Positions 48,490 through 57,163 of a DNA stretch of 64,000 nucleotides are shown in pieces. Source of the stretch: Candidatus Micrarchaeaceae archaeon (GTDB lineage: Bacteria > Chloroflexota > Dormibacteria > Aeolococcales > Bog-877); the NCBI GenBank assembly GCA_035531715.1, contig DATKSI010000034.1:101177-165176 (forward strand), in the 5' to 3' direction. Position numbers and translations under genes: made by a program. The stretch's first letter is position 1; the number at the start of each line of letters is the position of its first letter. A model generated the notes under the pieces. That model made no database searches and was not told the origin of the DNA. It saw only the letters and a program-made list of their open reading frames with translations.

Positions 48490-48748
48490 GTGACGTCAAC
48501 CTCAACACACACCGAGTCCACCAGCCGCCTGGACTGGCCCGGCCCAACTGTCATCGGAAAGTAGGTCCGGTGTCACTCCTTCGCTACCAGCTTGGACCCA
48601 AGGCCTGGATCTGGACGGCTACGGTGGGAGACATCATAGGGCTGGCGCCTGACGACGGTCCCGGAGCTGGCGACGCAGCCCTGTGGGGGGACAGCGCCAC
48701 CGGGGCAGTCGGGTTGGCCACTTCATCTGACAAGGCAAGGTAGGCAGA

Positions 48749-50875
48749 TTGGCCACACAGCCCACTACGCGCCGTCGCGTTCGCCACCGGTCCTTCGCGG
48801 CCCAGTTCGCGCTGTTGCTCGTAGCGGTCGGGCTGGCCACCGCAGTGGTGGTTGGAGCGGTGGCGGTGGGGGAAACCCAACGAGCCCGCACCGAGCAGCA
48901 ATCCAAGGCGGCACTTGGGGCCGCCGCTCTCGCCGCCAGCCTGATCCGGCAGCAGACTGCCGCCGCCTCGGAGCGGTTCGTCTGCGAAGTGGCCAGCCTG
49001 TCGTCCACGGCCCAGGCATACGCCCAGGGAGGGGCCAGCCTAGAGACAGTCGCCCAAGCCGCTGTCGCTCACGCCAGCCCTGGTCAGATTCTCATCCTGC
49101 TGAGTCCCAGCGGGCAGGTGCTGGCCGGTGCTCCCAGCGTGACTGCGCTGCCACCCAGCCTAGGAAGCACGCCGACCGGAGCTGCCGGCTGCTCCGCGCC
49201 CGGCCAGGCCGGCTTCTTCACCACCACGGGAGGCAATCGGCTGTTGGGCGAAGGGGTCGCGGCGATCACTTCCGCGGGCGTCACCGTGGGCCGGGCGGTG
49301 GTACTCACCCCCGTCGGGTCCGGGGTGCTGAGTTATGCCCAGCGGTTAGCCAACACGGCAGGCTTGCACTCCGACACGGCTCTGCTGCTGGGCACCCGGC
49401 TGGCGCTGCCGACCCGAGTCGGCAGCGCCAGCTATGGAGCGGGAGGCGAGCTGCCGGCAGTGCTTCACCCAGAGCTTCGTGGGGCGAACCGTACGGTTCA
49501 GTCGTCGGTGGGCGGCATCCAATACGCCATCGCCGAACAGTCACTGCGTTCGGTCAGCGGACGTCCGATTGCCACCGTGCTCGTGTTGGAGTCGGGCGGC
49601 GGGGCCAGCGTCAGCGTCGGTGACCTGGCGCTGCCGCTGACCCTGGCGGTCGCGGGGGTCCTGTTGCTGGGCATCGTGTCGGTCTTCCTCATGGTCGAGC
49701 ACTTCCTCAATCGCCCGCTGCGTCGGCTCGATATCGCCGTGCAACGGATCGGCGTGGACCCGTACGACGCTACCGTCGCAGTCGTCGGAGGCGCGGACGA
49801 AATCATTCGCCTGGCGGCCAACTTCGAACTGGTCCGAAAACAACTCCGTCGCCAGCTCCTGATCGCGACCGGACAGCGGGTGATCGCTTACACCCTTACT
49901 GGGGAGACCTCGGTGCACGACGCGCTCATCCAAGTGTTGCGCAGTTTGAAAGACCTCGTGGGCTCCGACCTGGCGATGATCCTGCTCCGACCCCAAGCGC
50001 TTATGCCCCAGGGCATCGTGTACTCCACCGGTCAGTCGGGGCCGCAGCCCAGCTGGTCTGATCTGGAGCGCAGCAGCGGGGTCCTTGGGTCGCTTATCCG
50101 CGAACCCCGCTTTTTGGTCCGCACTCACCTCAGCCCCGAAGAGCGCAGCGAAGTGGAAGAGCAGATTGGTCTGAGGGATTGCTTGGTGGAACCGATGCTC
50201 TCCAAGGACCATAACTTGGGACTCTTGGTGGTCGGCAACAAGCCCAAGCCCTACATCGACGAAGACTCCACGTTCTGCCACACGGTGGCCGACCAGATCG
50301 TGGTCGCGGTCGAGAAGAGCACCCGCTTGGAGGTCACCACGCTGGCAGCCACCACCGACGAGATGACCGGGCTCTACAACTACCGCTTCCTGGTGGGTTT
50401 TCTCGACCAGCAGGTCAACTTGGCCGAGCGCAGCGGCTCACCACTCTCGGTCCTCATGCTCGATCTGGACCATTTCAAAGGGATCAACGACTCGCACGGA
50501 CATCTCGCCGGCGACCGACTCTTGCGCCAGTTCGCCGGACTCCTGGTCGAGACCATTCGCAAATCCGACTTGGCCGTGCGATACGGTGGAGAGGAGTTTG
50601 TGGTGGTGATGGCCAACACCGCGCGCGATGATGCGGAGGTGGTCGCCGATAAGATTCGCGCGGCGGTCGAGGAGATGGTCGTCCGCCTGGACGACGGAAC
50701 TGAGATGCGCATCACGGTCAGCCTGGGCGGCGTTACCTTCCCCGTGGGATCCAAGGGGGCTCGCAATCTGCTGGACCTCGCAGACCGAGCGCTGTACGCC
50801 GCTAAGCGCAACGGCCGCAATCGCGTCGAGTTCCTCGATGTGACCGCTCCCGCTGGGGAACCGATCGCCAACTGA
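48749..50875 (+). CDS. Membrane-bound diguanylate cyclase (TM - extracytoplasmic sensor - TM - HAMP - GAF - GGDEF)
   Basis: Active site RYGGEEFVVVM with I-site RKSD five residues upstream, and DHFKGINDSHGH. Two TM segments bracket a loop of about 280 aa. Confidence 0.9.
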   Translation: MATQPTTRRRVRHRSFAAQFALLLVAVGLATAVVVGAVAVGETQRARTEQQSKAALGAAALAASLIRQQTAAASERFVCEVASLSSTAQAYAQGGASLETVAQAAVAHASPGQILILLSPSGQVLAGAPSVTALPPSLGSTPTGAAGCSAPGQAGFFTTTGGNRLLGEGVAAITSAGVTVGRAVVLTPVGSGVLSYAQRLANTAGLHSDTALLLGTRLALPTRVGSASYGAGGELPAVLHPELRGANRTVQSSVGGIQYAIAEQSLRSVSGRPIATVLVLESGGGASVSVGDLALPLTLAVAGVLLLGIVSVFLMVEHFLNRPLRRLDIAVQRIGVDPYDATVAVVGGADEIIRLAANFELVRKQLRRQLLIATGQRVIAYTLTGETSVHDALIQVLRSLKDLVGSDLAMILLRPQALMPQGIVYSTGQSGPQPSWSDLERSSGVLGSLIREPRFLVRTHLSPEERSEVEEQIGLRDCLVEPMLSKDHNLGLLVVGNKPKPYIDEDSTFCHTVADQIVVAVEKSTRLEVTTLAATTDEMTGLYNYRFLVGFLDQQVNLAERSGSPLSVLMLDLDHFKGINDSHGHLAGDRLLRQFAGLLVETIRKSDLAVRYGGEEFVVVMANTARDDAEVVADKIRAAVEEMVVRLDDGTEMRITVSLGGVTFPVGSKGARNLLDLADRALYAAKRNGRNRVEFLDVTAPAGEPIAN

Positions 50876-50915
50876 GCTCGGCTCGGTCGTCAGCCCCTAC
50901 GATTGGCGACGATCG

Positions 50916-51950
50916 ATGCCTGCCGTGATTGATCTGCGCAGCGACACCGTGACGCGGCCCTCCGCGGGTATGCGTCAGGCGATGGCCAGTGCCGAGGTGG
51001 GCGACGACGTCTTCGGCGAGGACCCTACCGTGCTGCACCTGGAAGCGAGGATCGCCCAGATGCTGGGCAAGGAGGCGGCCCTGCTTTGTCCGAGTGGAAC
51101 CATGGCCAACCTCATCGGGGTCGCCAGCGCCGCACTCCCGGGCGAAGAGGTGTTAGTCGACTCCGAGTCGCACATCCTCCACTACGAGCTGGCCGGGACG
51201 GCGATGATCGCTGGCGTCCAACTGCGCAATTTCGACTCTCCGCCCGCCGGCTGCCCATCGCCTGAGCAGTTGGCGGCGTTGCGACGGCTCGGAGATCCGG
51301 ATCACGAGCCCCGCACCGCACTGCTGTGCCTGGAGCAGAGCCATAACCGCAGGGGCGGCACGGTGGCCGCGGTCGACCAGCTACGTCGCGCCGCCGAAGC
51401 GGCCCACCGGATGGGCCTCCTAGTGCACCTGGACGGGGCCCGGCTCGTCAATGCCGCGGCGAGCCTCGGCGTGCCCATGACCGCGTTCTCCGACTGCGTC
51501 GACTCCCTGACCTTCTCACTTTCCAAGGGGCTCGGTTGTCCGGCGGGCACCCTCTGGGTCGGCTCAACGGCCGCCCGTGCGCGGGCCTACACCTGGCGTA
51601 AACGGCTGGGCGGCGGCATGCGCCAGGTGGGCATCCTGGCCGCGGCCGGACTCTACGCCCTCGATCACAACCTCGGTCGCCTCCCGGACGATCACCGCCA
51701 CGCGAGGAGTTTGGCGGAGGCACTCCAGTCGGTGCCTGGGCTGACGGTTGATCCGACGCTGGTGCAGACCAACATCGTTCTGTTGCGGACCACCGAGGAT
51801 GCCAACCTGATTGTCGAGCGCGCCCGGCGCGAGGGAGTGCTGACGGTACCGTTTACCCGCCACACCGTCCGCTGCGTCACCCACCTCGACGTGAGCAGCG
51901 AGGATATCAAAGCAGCTGGCGATCGCTTGCGCCGAGTCTTCGCCGCCTGA
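50916..51950 (+). CDS. ltaE: Low-specificity L-threonine aldolase
   Basis: IDLRSDTVTRPSAGMRQAMASAEVGDDVFGEDPTV N-terminus and PLP-lysine context FSLSKGLGCPAG. Confidence 0.9.
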   Translation: MPAVIDLRSDTVTRPSAGMRQAMASAEVGDDVFGEDPTVLHLEARIAQMLGKEAALLCPSGTMANLIGVASAALPGEEVLVDSESHILHYELAGTAMIAGVQLRNFDSPPAGCPSPEQLAALRRLGDPDHEPRTALLCLEQSHNRRGGTVAAVDQLRRAAEAAHRMGLLVHLDGARLVNAAASLGVPMTAFSDCVDSLTFSLSKGLGCPAGTLWVGSTAARARAYTWRKRLGGGMRQVGILAAAGLYALDHNLGRLPDDHRHARSLAEALQSVPGLTVDPTLVQTNIVLLRTTEDANLIVERARREGVLTVPFTRHTVRCVTHLDVSSEDIKAAGDRLRRVFAA

Positions 51951-51968
51951 CCGCAGCAATCTCCCGTC

Positions 51969-52001
51969 AAAAAAAGGGAGCGGGTCCGGGGACCCGCTCC
52001 C
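51969..52001. terminator. Bidirectional rho-independent terminator between convergent ltaE and the histone-like gene
   Basis: A7 tract (51969-51975). Perfect 12-bp stem GGGAGCGGGTCC (51976-51987) / GGACCCGCTCCC (51990-52001). On the minus strand the stem is followed by U7. Confidence 0.85.
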
Positions 52002-52033
52002 TTGCCATTTAAGAGTTCAGCGACAGAGCGCTC

Positions 52034-52642
52034 TCAGGCGGTACCCGAACCGCCCGCACTGGCAAGCGTCACCCGGCCCCGACGCTTCGCGGGACGACGG
52101 GCTGCCTTGGGAGCGGCGGCTGCTCGGGCTGACTTACGAGCGGTGGGCTTGCGCGCCGCCCGAGGCGCCTTGGCTGCCGCGGCGCGCCGCGGCGCGGACG
52201 CCGTTCGGGTGGTCCGGCGCCGAGTGGTGGTCCGAGCCGCACTCGCGGTAGTGGCGGCACGACGAGCGGTGGTGCGGCGAGCTGGCTTCCGCGCGGTCCG
52301 GGTAGTGGCTCGGGCTGGGGTGCTCCGTCGCGTGGCTGGGCGGCGGACCGGCTTGCGCGCGCTGCGGGCCACTGCCGGAGTGCGGGCGACCGCGGCATCC
52401 AGCTTCTTTTCGATATCAGCCAGGCGCTTTTCCAATGCCTTGAGTTGCGAGGTGAGGTTCTTGCTGAGCGAGGCGGCCGTCGGCGCGGTGCGGGTGGTGC
52501 GCCGTGCTGTGGTCCGACGCGCAGTAGTGCTGCGTGCGGTGGTGCGTGCAGCGACACGCTTGGTCGCCGGCCTTCGTGCGGTGCGTGTGGCAGGGCGCGC
52601 GCTTGCGCGCCTAGTGCCAGTTCTCCGGGGCGTTCGGGGCAT
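52034..52642 (-). CDS. Highly basic Arg/Thr/Ala-rich low-complexity protein with central coiled coil (histone-H1-like/nucleoid-associated candidate)
   Basis: GGAGGA lies 9 nt upstream of ATG 52642. Repeats of the TTARRTTARR / ARKPxRRxATRR type flank LSKNLTSQLKALEKRLADIEKKLDAAV. A strong terminator lies downstream. Confidence 0.75.
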   Translation of the reverse strand: MPRTPRRTGTRRASARPATRTARRPATKRVAARTTARSTTARRTTARRTTRTAPTAASLSKNLTSQLKALEKRLADIEKKLDAAVARTPAVARSARKPVRRPATRRSTPARATTRTARKPARRTTARRAATTASAARTTTRRRTTRTASAPRRAAAAKAPRAARKPTARKSARAAAAPKAARRPAKRRGRVTLASAGGSGTA

Positions 52643-52786
52643 AGTTCCGTGTCCTCCTAGATTGCTTCGGCGCCGATTGGCGGAGCGCCTTGCGGTTCAG
52701 AGTGAACCTTGATTATTGACGCCGGTCTTGATTGTGACGTGGGTGAAAGCGTGCTAAACCGGCTGTGCGTACGGTCGAGTTAATCT

Positions 52787-52803
52787 GATTGTGCCACACA
52801 ATC
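52787..52803. promoter_or_regulatory. Inverted repeat GATTGTG-N3-CACAATC in the divergent control region upstream of the GDH-family gene
   Basis: Perfect 7-bp arms. Related half-sites GATTGTGAC (52730-52738) and GATTATTGAC (52711-52720) lie upstream in a locally AT-richer 250-bp intergenic region. Confidence 0.35.
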
Positions 52804-52893
52804 GTGCATCAGTGTGACGATGTCAACCGATTAGTGCCCCCTCGGGAAAGCGTTACCGGCTCGTAGCAGACACTCGATCGCCCCAATTTTAGG

Positions 52894-54189
52894 GTGCAGC
52901 GCTCCTATACTGACGCGGTGATCGCGCCCGCCCCGACTCCCGGTAGCGAGGACCTGTACGCCACTGCCCAACACCGAGTGGACCAGGCGGCCGAGTTGCT
53001 GCACCTCGAGGATGACGCTCGCTGCGTGCTGCGTGAAGTCAAACGGATCTTTCAGGTGCACTTCCCCGTAGTTCTCGATGATGGCTCGGTGGAAGTCTTC
53101 GTCGGCAACCGGGTCCACCACAACATTGCCCGCGGACCCGCCAAAGGGGGAATCCGCTACGAGCCAGACGCGACCTTGGACCAGACCAAAGCGCTCGCCA
53201 TGGCCATGAGCTGGAAGACCGCCTTGATGTCGCTGCCCTTTGGTGGAGCTGCCGGGGCGGTCTGCGTGGATCCCCACCGAATGAGCTCGCGCGAGCTGGA
53301 ACGGCTTACCCGTCGCTTCACCACGGAGATCAGCCTGCTGCTGGGACCCGAACGTGATATCCCCGCCCCCGACATCGGCACGGATTCACAGATCATGGCC
53401 TGGATCATGGACACCATCTCCATGCATCAGGGTTTCTCGGTCACGGCCTCGGTTACCGGCAAACCGATTGAGGCCGGCGGCTCGCTGGGTCGAGTGGAGG
53501 CCGCCGGGCGCGGCATCGCGATCATTTTGGTCCATGCGCTACGCAACACCGGACTCAGCTTGGATGGTGCGACGGTGGCGGTGGAGGGCTTCGGCAAGGT
53601 GGGGCGCACCTGCGCCCGACTCCTGGCGGAGGCCGGCTGCCGCGTGGTGGCGGTCTCCGACAGCCATGAGGGCTGGCACTGCGACAGCGGGCTCGACTTG
53701 GTTCGATTAGAGGAGGTAAAACTGGGAGGCGGACAGCTGGCCGACGCTCAGGTCCCGGGTGAGTCGATATCGCGCCAAGAGATCTTGGGCCTGCCGGTCA
53801 CGGTGCTGGTTCCCGCATCGGTGGAGTCCACCATCAACAGTTCCAACGCCAATCAGGTGCGCGCGCGAATCGTCGCGGAGGGGGCCAATGGACCGATCAC
53901 GCCGGCCGCCGAAGCGGTGCTGGCCGAGGACGGAATCGTCGTGGTACCGGACATCCTCGCCAACGCCGGCGGAGTCACCGTGTCGTACTTCGAGTGGGTT
54001 CAGGACCTGCAGTCGTTCTTCTGGGACGAGCAGGAGATCAACACCCAACTGGAGCGCGCAATGTTGCGCGCCAGTGAGCAGGTCTGGGCGTACCACGCGC
54101 GCCACAAGGTTTCCCTTAGAGAAGCGGCCTACCTGATCGCGGTGGGCCGGGTCGCCCGAGCCGCCAAGGCCCGCGGGATTTACCCTTAG
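52894..54189 (+). CDS. Glu/Leu/Phe/Val dehydrogenase family protein (glutamate dehydrogenase-like) with a non-canonical active-site motif
   Basis: GPAKGGIRY, MSWKTA, DIPAPDIGT, GFGKVG and NAGGVTVSYFEWVQ are all present. The signature GGxKGG reads GGAAGA. Confidence 0.85.
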   Translation: MQRSYTDAVIAPAPTPGSEDLYATAQHRVDQAAELLHLEDDARCVLREVKRIFQVHFPVVLDDGSVEVFVGNRVHHNIARGPAKGGIRYEPDATLDQTKALAMAMSWKTALMSLPFGGAAGAVCVDPHRMSSRELERLTRRFTTEISLLLGPERDIPAPDIGTDSQIMAWIMDTISMHQGFSVTASVTGKPIEAGGSLGRVEAAGRGIAIILVHALRNTGLSLDGATVAVEGFGKVGRTCARLLAEAGCRVVAVSDSHEGWHCDSGLDLVRLEEVKLGGGQLADAQVPGESISRQEILGLPVTVLVPASVESTINSSNANQVRARIVAEGANGPITPAAEAVLAEDGIVVVPDILANAGGVTVSYFEWVQDLQSFFWDEQEINTQLERAMLRASEQVWAYHARHKVSLREAAYLIAVGRVARAAKARGIYP

Positions 54190-54953
54190 CGCGCCAGGCG
54201 CAAGTAAGGCACGCGGGGTCGGGGAGCTTCGCGGCCCGGGGGTTGGTACTCAAAGCGGTAGCCGGCCCCGATGACCGCATGCAGGTAATGGGCTCCGTCC
54301 GCACGCGGCTGAATCTTTCGGCGCAGTCGGTAGAGGTGCGCGTCCAGAGAGTGAACTCGATAGGGGTCGCGGTTACGCCAGACTTCCGCGATCAGCTGCG
54401 GACGAGGGACAACCGCGCCGGATTGACGGGCGAGAGCCACCAGGATCTTGAACTCGGTGGGCGTCAGCCCCACCACGCGTCCCTCACGGCGGACCTCATG
54501 CCGGCCTAGGTCGATGGTCAGGCCGGGGAAGCGGAGCCGCTCGGCGCCACCGGCTTCGCGGGTGAGCTGAGCGCGGCGCAACCGAGCGTTGATCCGAGCC
54601 ACCAGTTCACGCACCTCGAAGGGCTTGCGCAGATAGTCGTCGGCCCCGACCTCCAAACCGACGACCACATCTTCGGGGTCATGCAGGCAGCTGATCATCA
54701 GCACGGTAACCTTGATCCCGGCCGACCGAATCCGCCGGCAGACCTCGACGCCGCTCATGTCGGGGAGGACCAGGTCGAGCAGAACTAGGTTTGGCTCGGT
54801 CTCAAGCAGCAGCCGCAGTCCGCTGGCGCCCGTGGTGGCGGTGACTACGTCGTAGCCGTTCTCCGCCGCGATCAACTCCACCAGCCGCAGCACGGCTGGG
54901 TCGTCATCAATAACCAGGATCTTGGAGGCCGTTAACCCCACCGGAGCTCCCAC
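54186..54953 (-). CDS. OmpR-type response regulator (orphan in this window)
   Basis: Receiver ILVIDDDPAVLRL...LVLLDLVLPDMSG and winged helix LTPTEFKILVALARQ...LDAHLYRLRRKI. The start is uncertain (GTG 54953 or 54941). The ORF-track start at 55049 adds a non-receiver leader. Confidence 0.85.
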   Translation of the reverse strand: MGAPVGLTASKILVIDDDPAVLRLVELIAAENGYDVVTATTGASGLRLLLETEPNLVLLDLVLPDMSGVEVCRRIRSAGIKVTVLMISCLHDPEDVVVGLEVGADDYLRKPFEVRELVARINARLRRAQLTREAGGAERLRFPGLTIDLGRHEVRREGRVVGLTPTEFKILVALARQSGAVVPRPQLIAEVWRNRDPYRVHSLDAHLYRLRRKIQPRADGAHYLHAVIGAGYRFEYQPPGREAPRPRVPYLRLAR

Positions 54954-55141
54954 CGAGCTCCACTCGTTGAAGGTGTCTAGGTTCGCAAATCGGCTCACAA
55001 ACCGATTGTGTTCCGGACCCCCTTGATCGACCCATCGTGGTCTGGGCACGGGTGAGTAACAAGCTGCACGGCGACTGTGACGGCAATTGGGAGTTCCGCG
55101 ACTTCGGTTAGGATGACCGAGCGGGCAACAGGGAGCGTTAG

Positions 55142-55813
55142 TTGAAGAATCCTCCGAGGGGCCTTCCCGGTTGGGCGGGCAAGATTCGATTGAGTGTCGC
55201 CCTGGCCGCCAGTGGAGTCCTCTTGATCGTAGTCGGCTTGGCGATCTTCATCCCGCCGCTGATCGGAGTCCTGCAGCGCTCCCACGCCGACACCCAGGCG
55301 CTCCACAAGTGGGGTGACCCGGGTGCTGCGCTCAGCTCCAAGCTGCCTAAGGTCAAGACCATCCAGCAGCCCAGCGCCAGCCCCGTGGCCACTGCTCCCA
55401 GTTGCGGCAGCGGTTCCCCGGCCTCCGAATACGCCCTGATCGACTTCCCCAGCCTCTCCGGAATCGAAGGGGTTGCCGGCAACGGAAACTGGTCCCTTCT
55501 CCTGGACCGCTCGGTGGTTCATTACGCCACCACCCCGGGACCGGGGCAGCCCGGAAATGGGCTCTATGCCCTCCATCGCGAGCCAAACTTCGAGCCGCTG
55601 GGAACGCTCAAGAACGGCGACCCCATCGTGCTCACCAATCGCAGCTGCCAGCAGTTCACCTACCTGATCACCAACATCTGGACCGAGTACCCATCCCAAG
55701 TCACCCAGCTGCAGCCGATCAGCACCGGGAGCTGGATCACCGTGATCACCTGCACGCCGCTCTGGATCGACTCCCACCGGCTGGTGATTCGGGCGCGGCT
55801 CCAGACCAGCTAG
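55142..55813 (+). CDS. Sortase family transpeptidase (class E-like, N-terminal membrane anchor)
   Basis: TM VALAASGVLLIVVGLAIFIPPL, catalytic His context YALHRE, TLxTC-type motif WITVITCTP, and catalytic Arg context HRLVIRARL. Confidence 0.82.
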   Translation: MKNPPRGLPGWAGKIRLSVALAASGVLLIVVGLAIFIPPLIGVLQRSHADTQALHKWGDPGAALSSKLPKVKTIQQPSASPVATAPSCGSGSPASEYALIDFPSLSGIEGVAGNGNWSLLLDRSVVHYATTPGPGQPGNGLYALHREPNFEPLGTLKNGDPIVLTNRSCQQFTYLITNIWTEYPSQVTQLQPISTGSWITVITCTPLWIDSHRLVIRARLQTS

Positions 55814-55981
55814 GCCCATCCCGACCTCAGTGCACACTACCTGGGGGGGGTCGGGGCAGCCGTACCCACTAGATACTGGGTCAGGGCTAGGGATAGCCGG
55901 GGCGCGTCTGCTATGCTTGATCTCGGGTTGGCGCTCGGTTCGGTGGTCCTCGCGCACCTAGACCAACGGAGGAAACCTTGC

Positions 55982-57142
55982 TTGGATATCGAACTAGGAA
56001 GAGGTAAACGAGCAAGGCGGGCCTACGGGTTCGACGAAGTGGCGCTGGTGCCCGGCAAGGTCACCATCAATCCCGACGAGATCGACATTCGGCTGACCAT
56101 CGGCGCGGTTGAGCTCAGCGTACCGATCCTCGCCGCCGCGATGGACGGGGTTGTCGACGCCCACTTCGCCATCGAGATGGGCAAACTGGGCGGCCTGGCG
56201 GTCCTCAACCTCGATGGGATCAACTGTCGCTACGACGACGTGGCCGCGGTCTACGAGCAAATTGCCGAGGCGCCCCGGGAGCGGGTGAACGTTCTGCTCC
56301 AGGAGCTCTACCGCCAGCCCGTCAAGGACGAACTGATCGCTCAGCGGATCCAAGAGATCAAGCGGGCGGGCGTGGTCTGCGGGGTCTCGACCACCCCGGC
56401 CGACGCTGAGCGCAAGCTCCCGATCGTCGCTGAGGCCGGCGCCGACATCTACTTCGTGCAGGGGACGGTCTTGACCGCCCGCCACATCTCCCGCTCCTAC
56501 CGGCAGCTTGACTTCGCCCAGCTGGTGCGGAACTCATCCCTCCCGATCGTGGTGGGTAACTGCGTCGAGTACTACACCGCGCTCGAGCTGATGGGCACGG
56601 GAGTGGCCGGAATCCTGGTTGGCGTCGGACCTGGGGCCGCCTGCACCACGCGCGCGGTCCTGGGAATCGGAGTGCCCCAGGTCACCGCGACAGCGGACGT
56701 GGCGGCGGCCCGCCACGACCACCGTCGGGCCGGTGGCCAGCCGGTCACGGTCATCACCGACGGCGGGATGCGGGTCGGTGGGGATGTCACCAAGGCGCTG
56801 GCGTCGGGTGCCGACGGGGTGATGATCGGCTCCGTCTTTGCTTCGGCAGAGGAGGCTCCGGGACACGGGAATCACTGGGGCATGGCGACCCCCGACGCCA
56901 ACCTGCCCCGGGGCACTCGGATCAAGGTGGGCACCAAGGCCACCCTCCGGGAGTTGCTCCTGGGACCGGCCCGAGTCGACGACGGCACCCAGAACTTCCT
57001 GGGGGCAATCAAATCGGCGATGGGGGTCTGCGGAGCCCGGACGATCGAGGAGTTCCAGCAGACCGAGCTGGTGATCGCCCCCACCATCCTCACCGAGGGG
57101 AAGCTATTCCAACAGGCCCAGCAGGTCGGGATGGCCCGCTGA
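55982..57142 (+). CDS. guaB3: GuaB3-type IMP dehydrogenase family protein (no CBS pair)
   Basis: GGAGG lies 9 nt upstream of TTG 55982. [21 protein letters not shown]-terminus typical of GuaB3-like paralogues. [11 protein letters not shown] active-site loop. Confidence 0.8.
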   Translation: MDIELGRGKRARRAYGFDEVALVPGKVTINPDEIDIRLTIGAVELSVPILAAAMDGVVDAHFAIEMGKLGGLAVLNLDGINCRYDDVAAVYEQIAEAPRERVNVLLQELYRQPVKDELIAQRIQEIKRAGVVCGVSTTPADAERKLPIVAEAGADIYFVQGTVLTARHISRSYRQLDFAQLVRNSSLPIVVGNCVEYYTALELMGTGVAGILVGVGPGAACTTRAVLGIGVPQVTATADVAAARHDHRRAGGQPVTVITDGGMRVGGDVTKALASGADGVMIGSVFASAEEAPGHGNHWGMATPDANLPRGTRIKVGTKATLRELLLGPARVDDGTQNFLGAIKSAMGVCGARTIEEFQQTELVIAPTILTEGKLFQQAQQVGMAR

Positions 57143-57163
57143 GGTGAGGTCAGGGCGGCGAAG

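Noticed and set aside
52002-52712. 236-aa + strand ORF (RRAVVRRAVV...) mirroring the histone-like gene.
   Set aside because: It is the reverse-complement artefact of the Arg/Thr/Ala repeat gene. The - strand ORF has the consensus SD, the ATG and the U-tract terminator; the + ORF has none of these.
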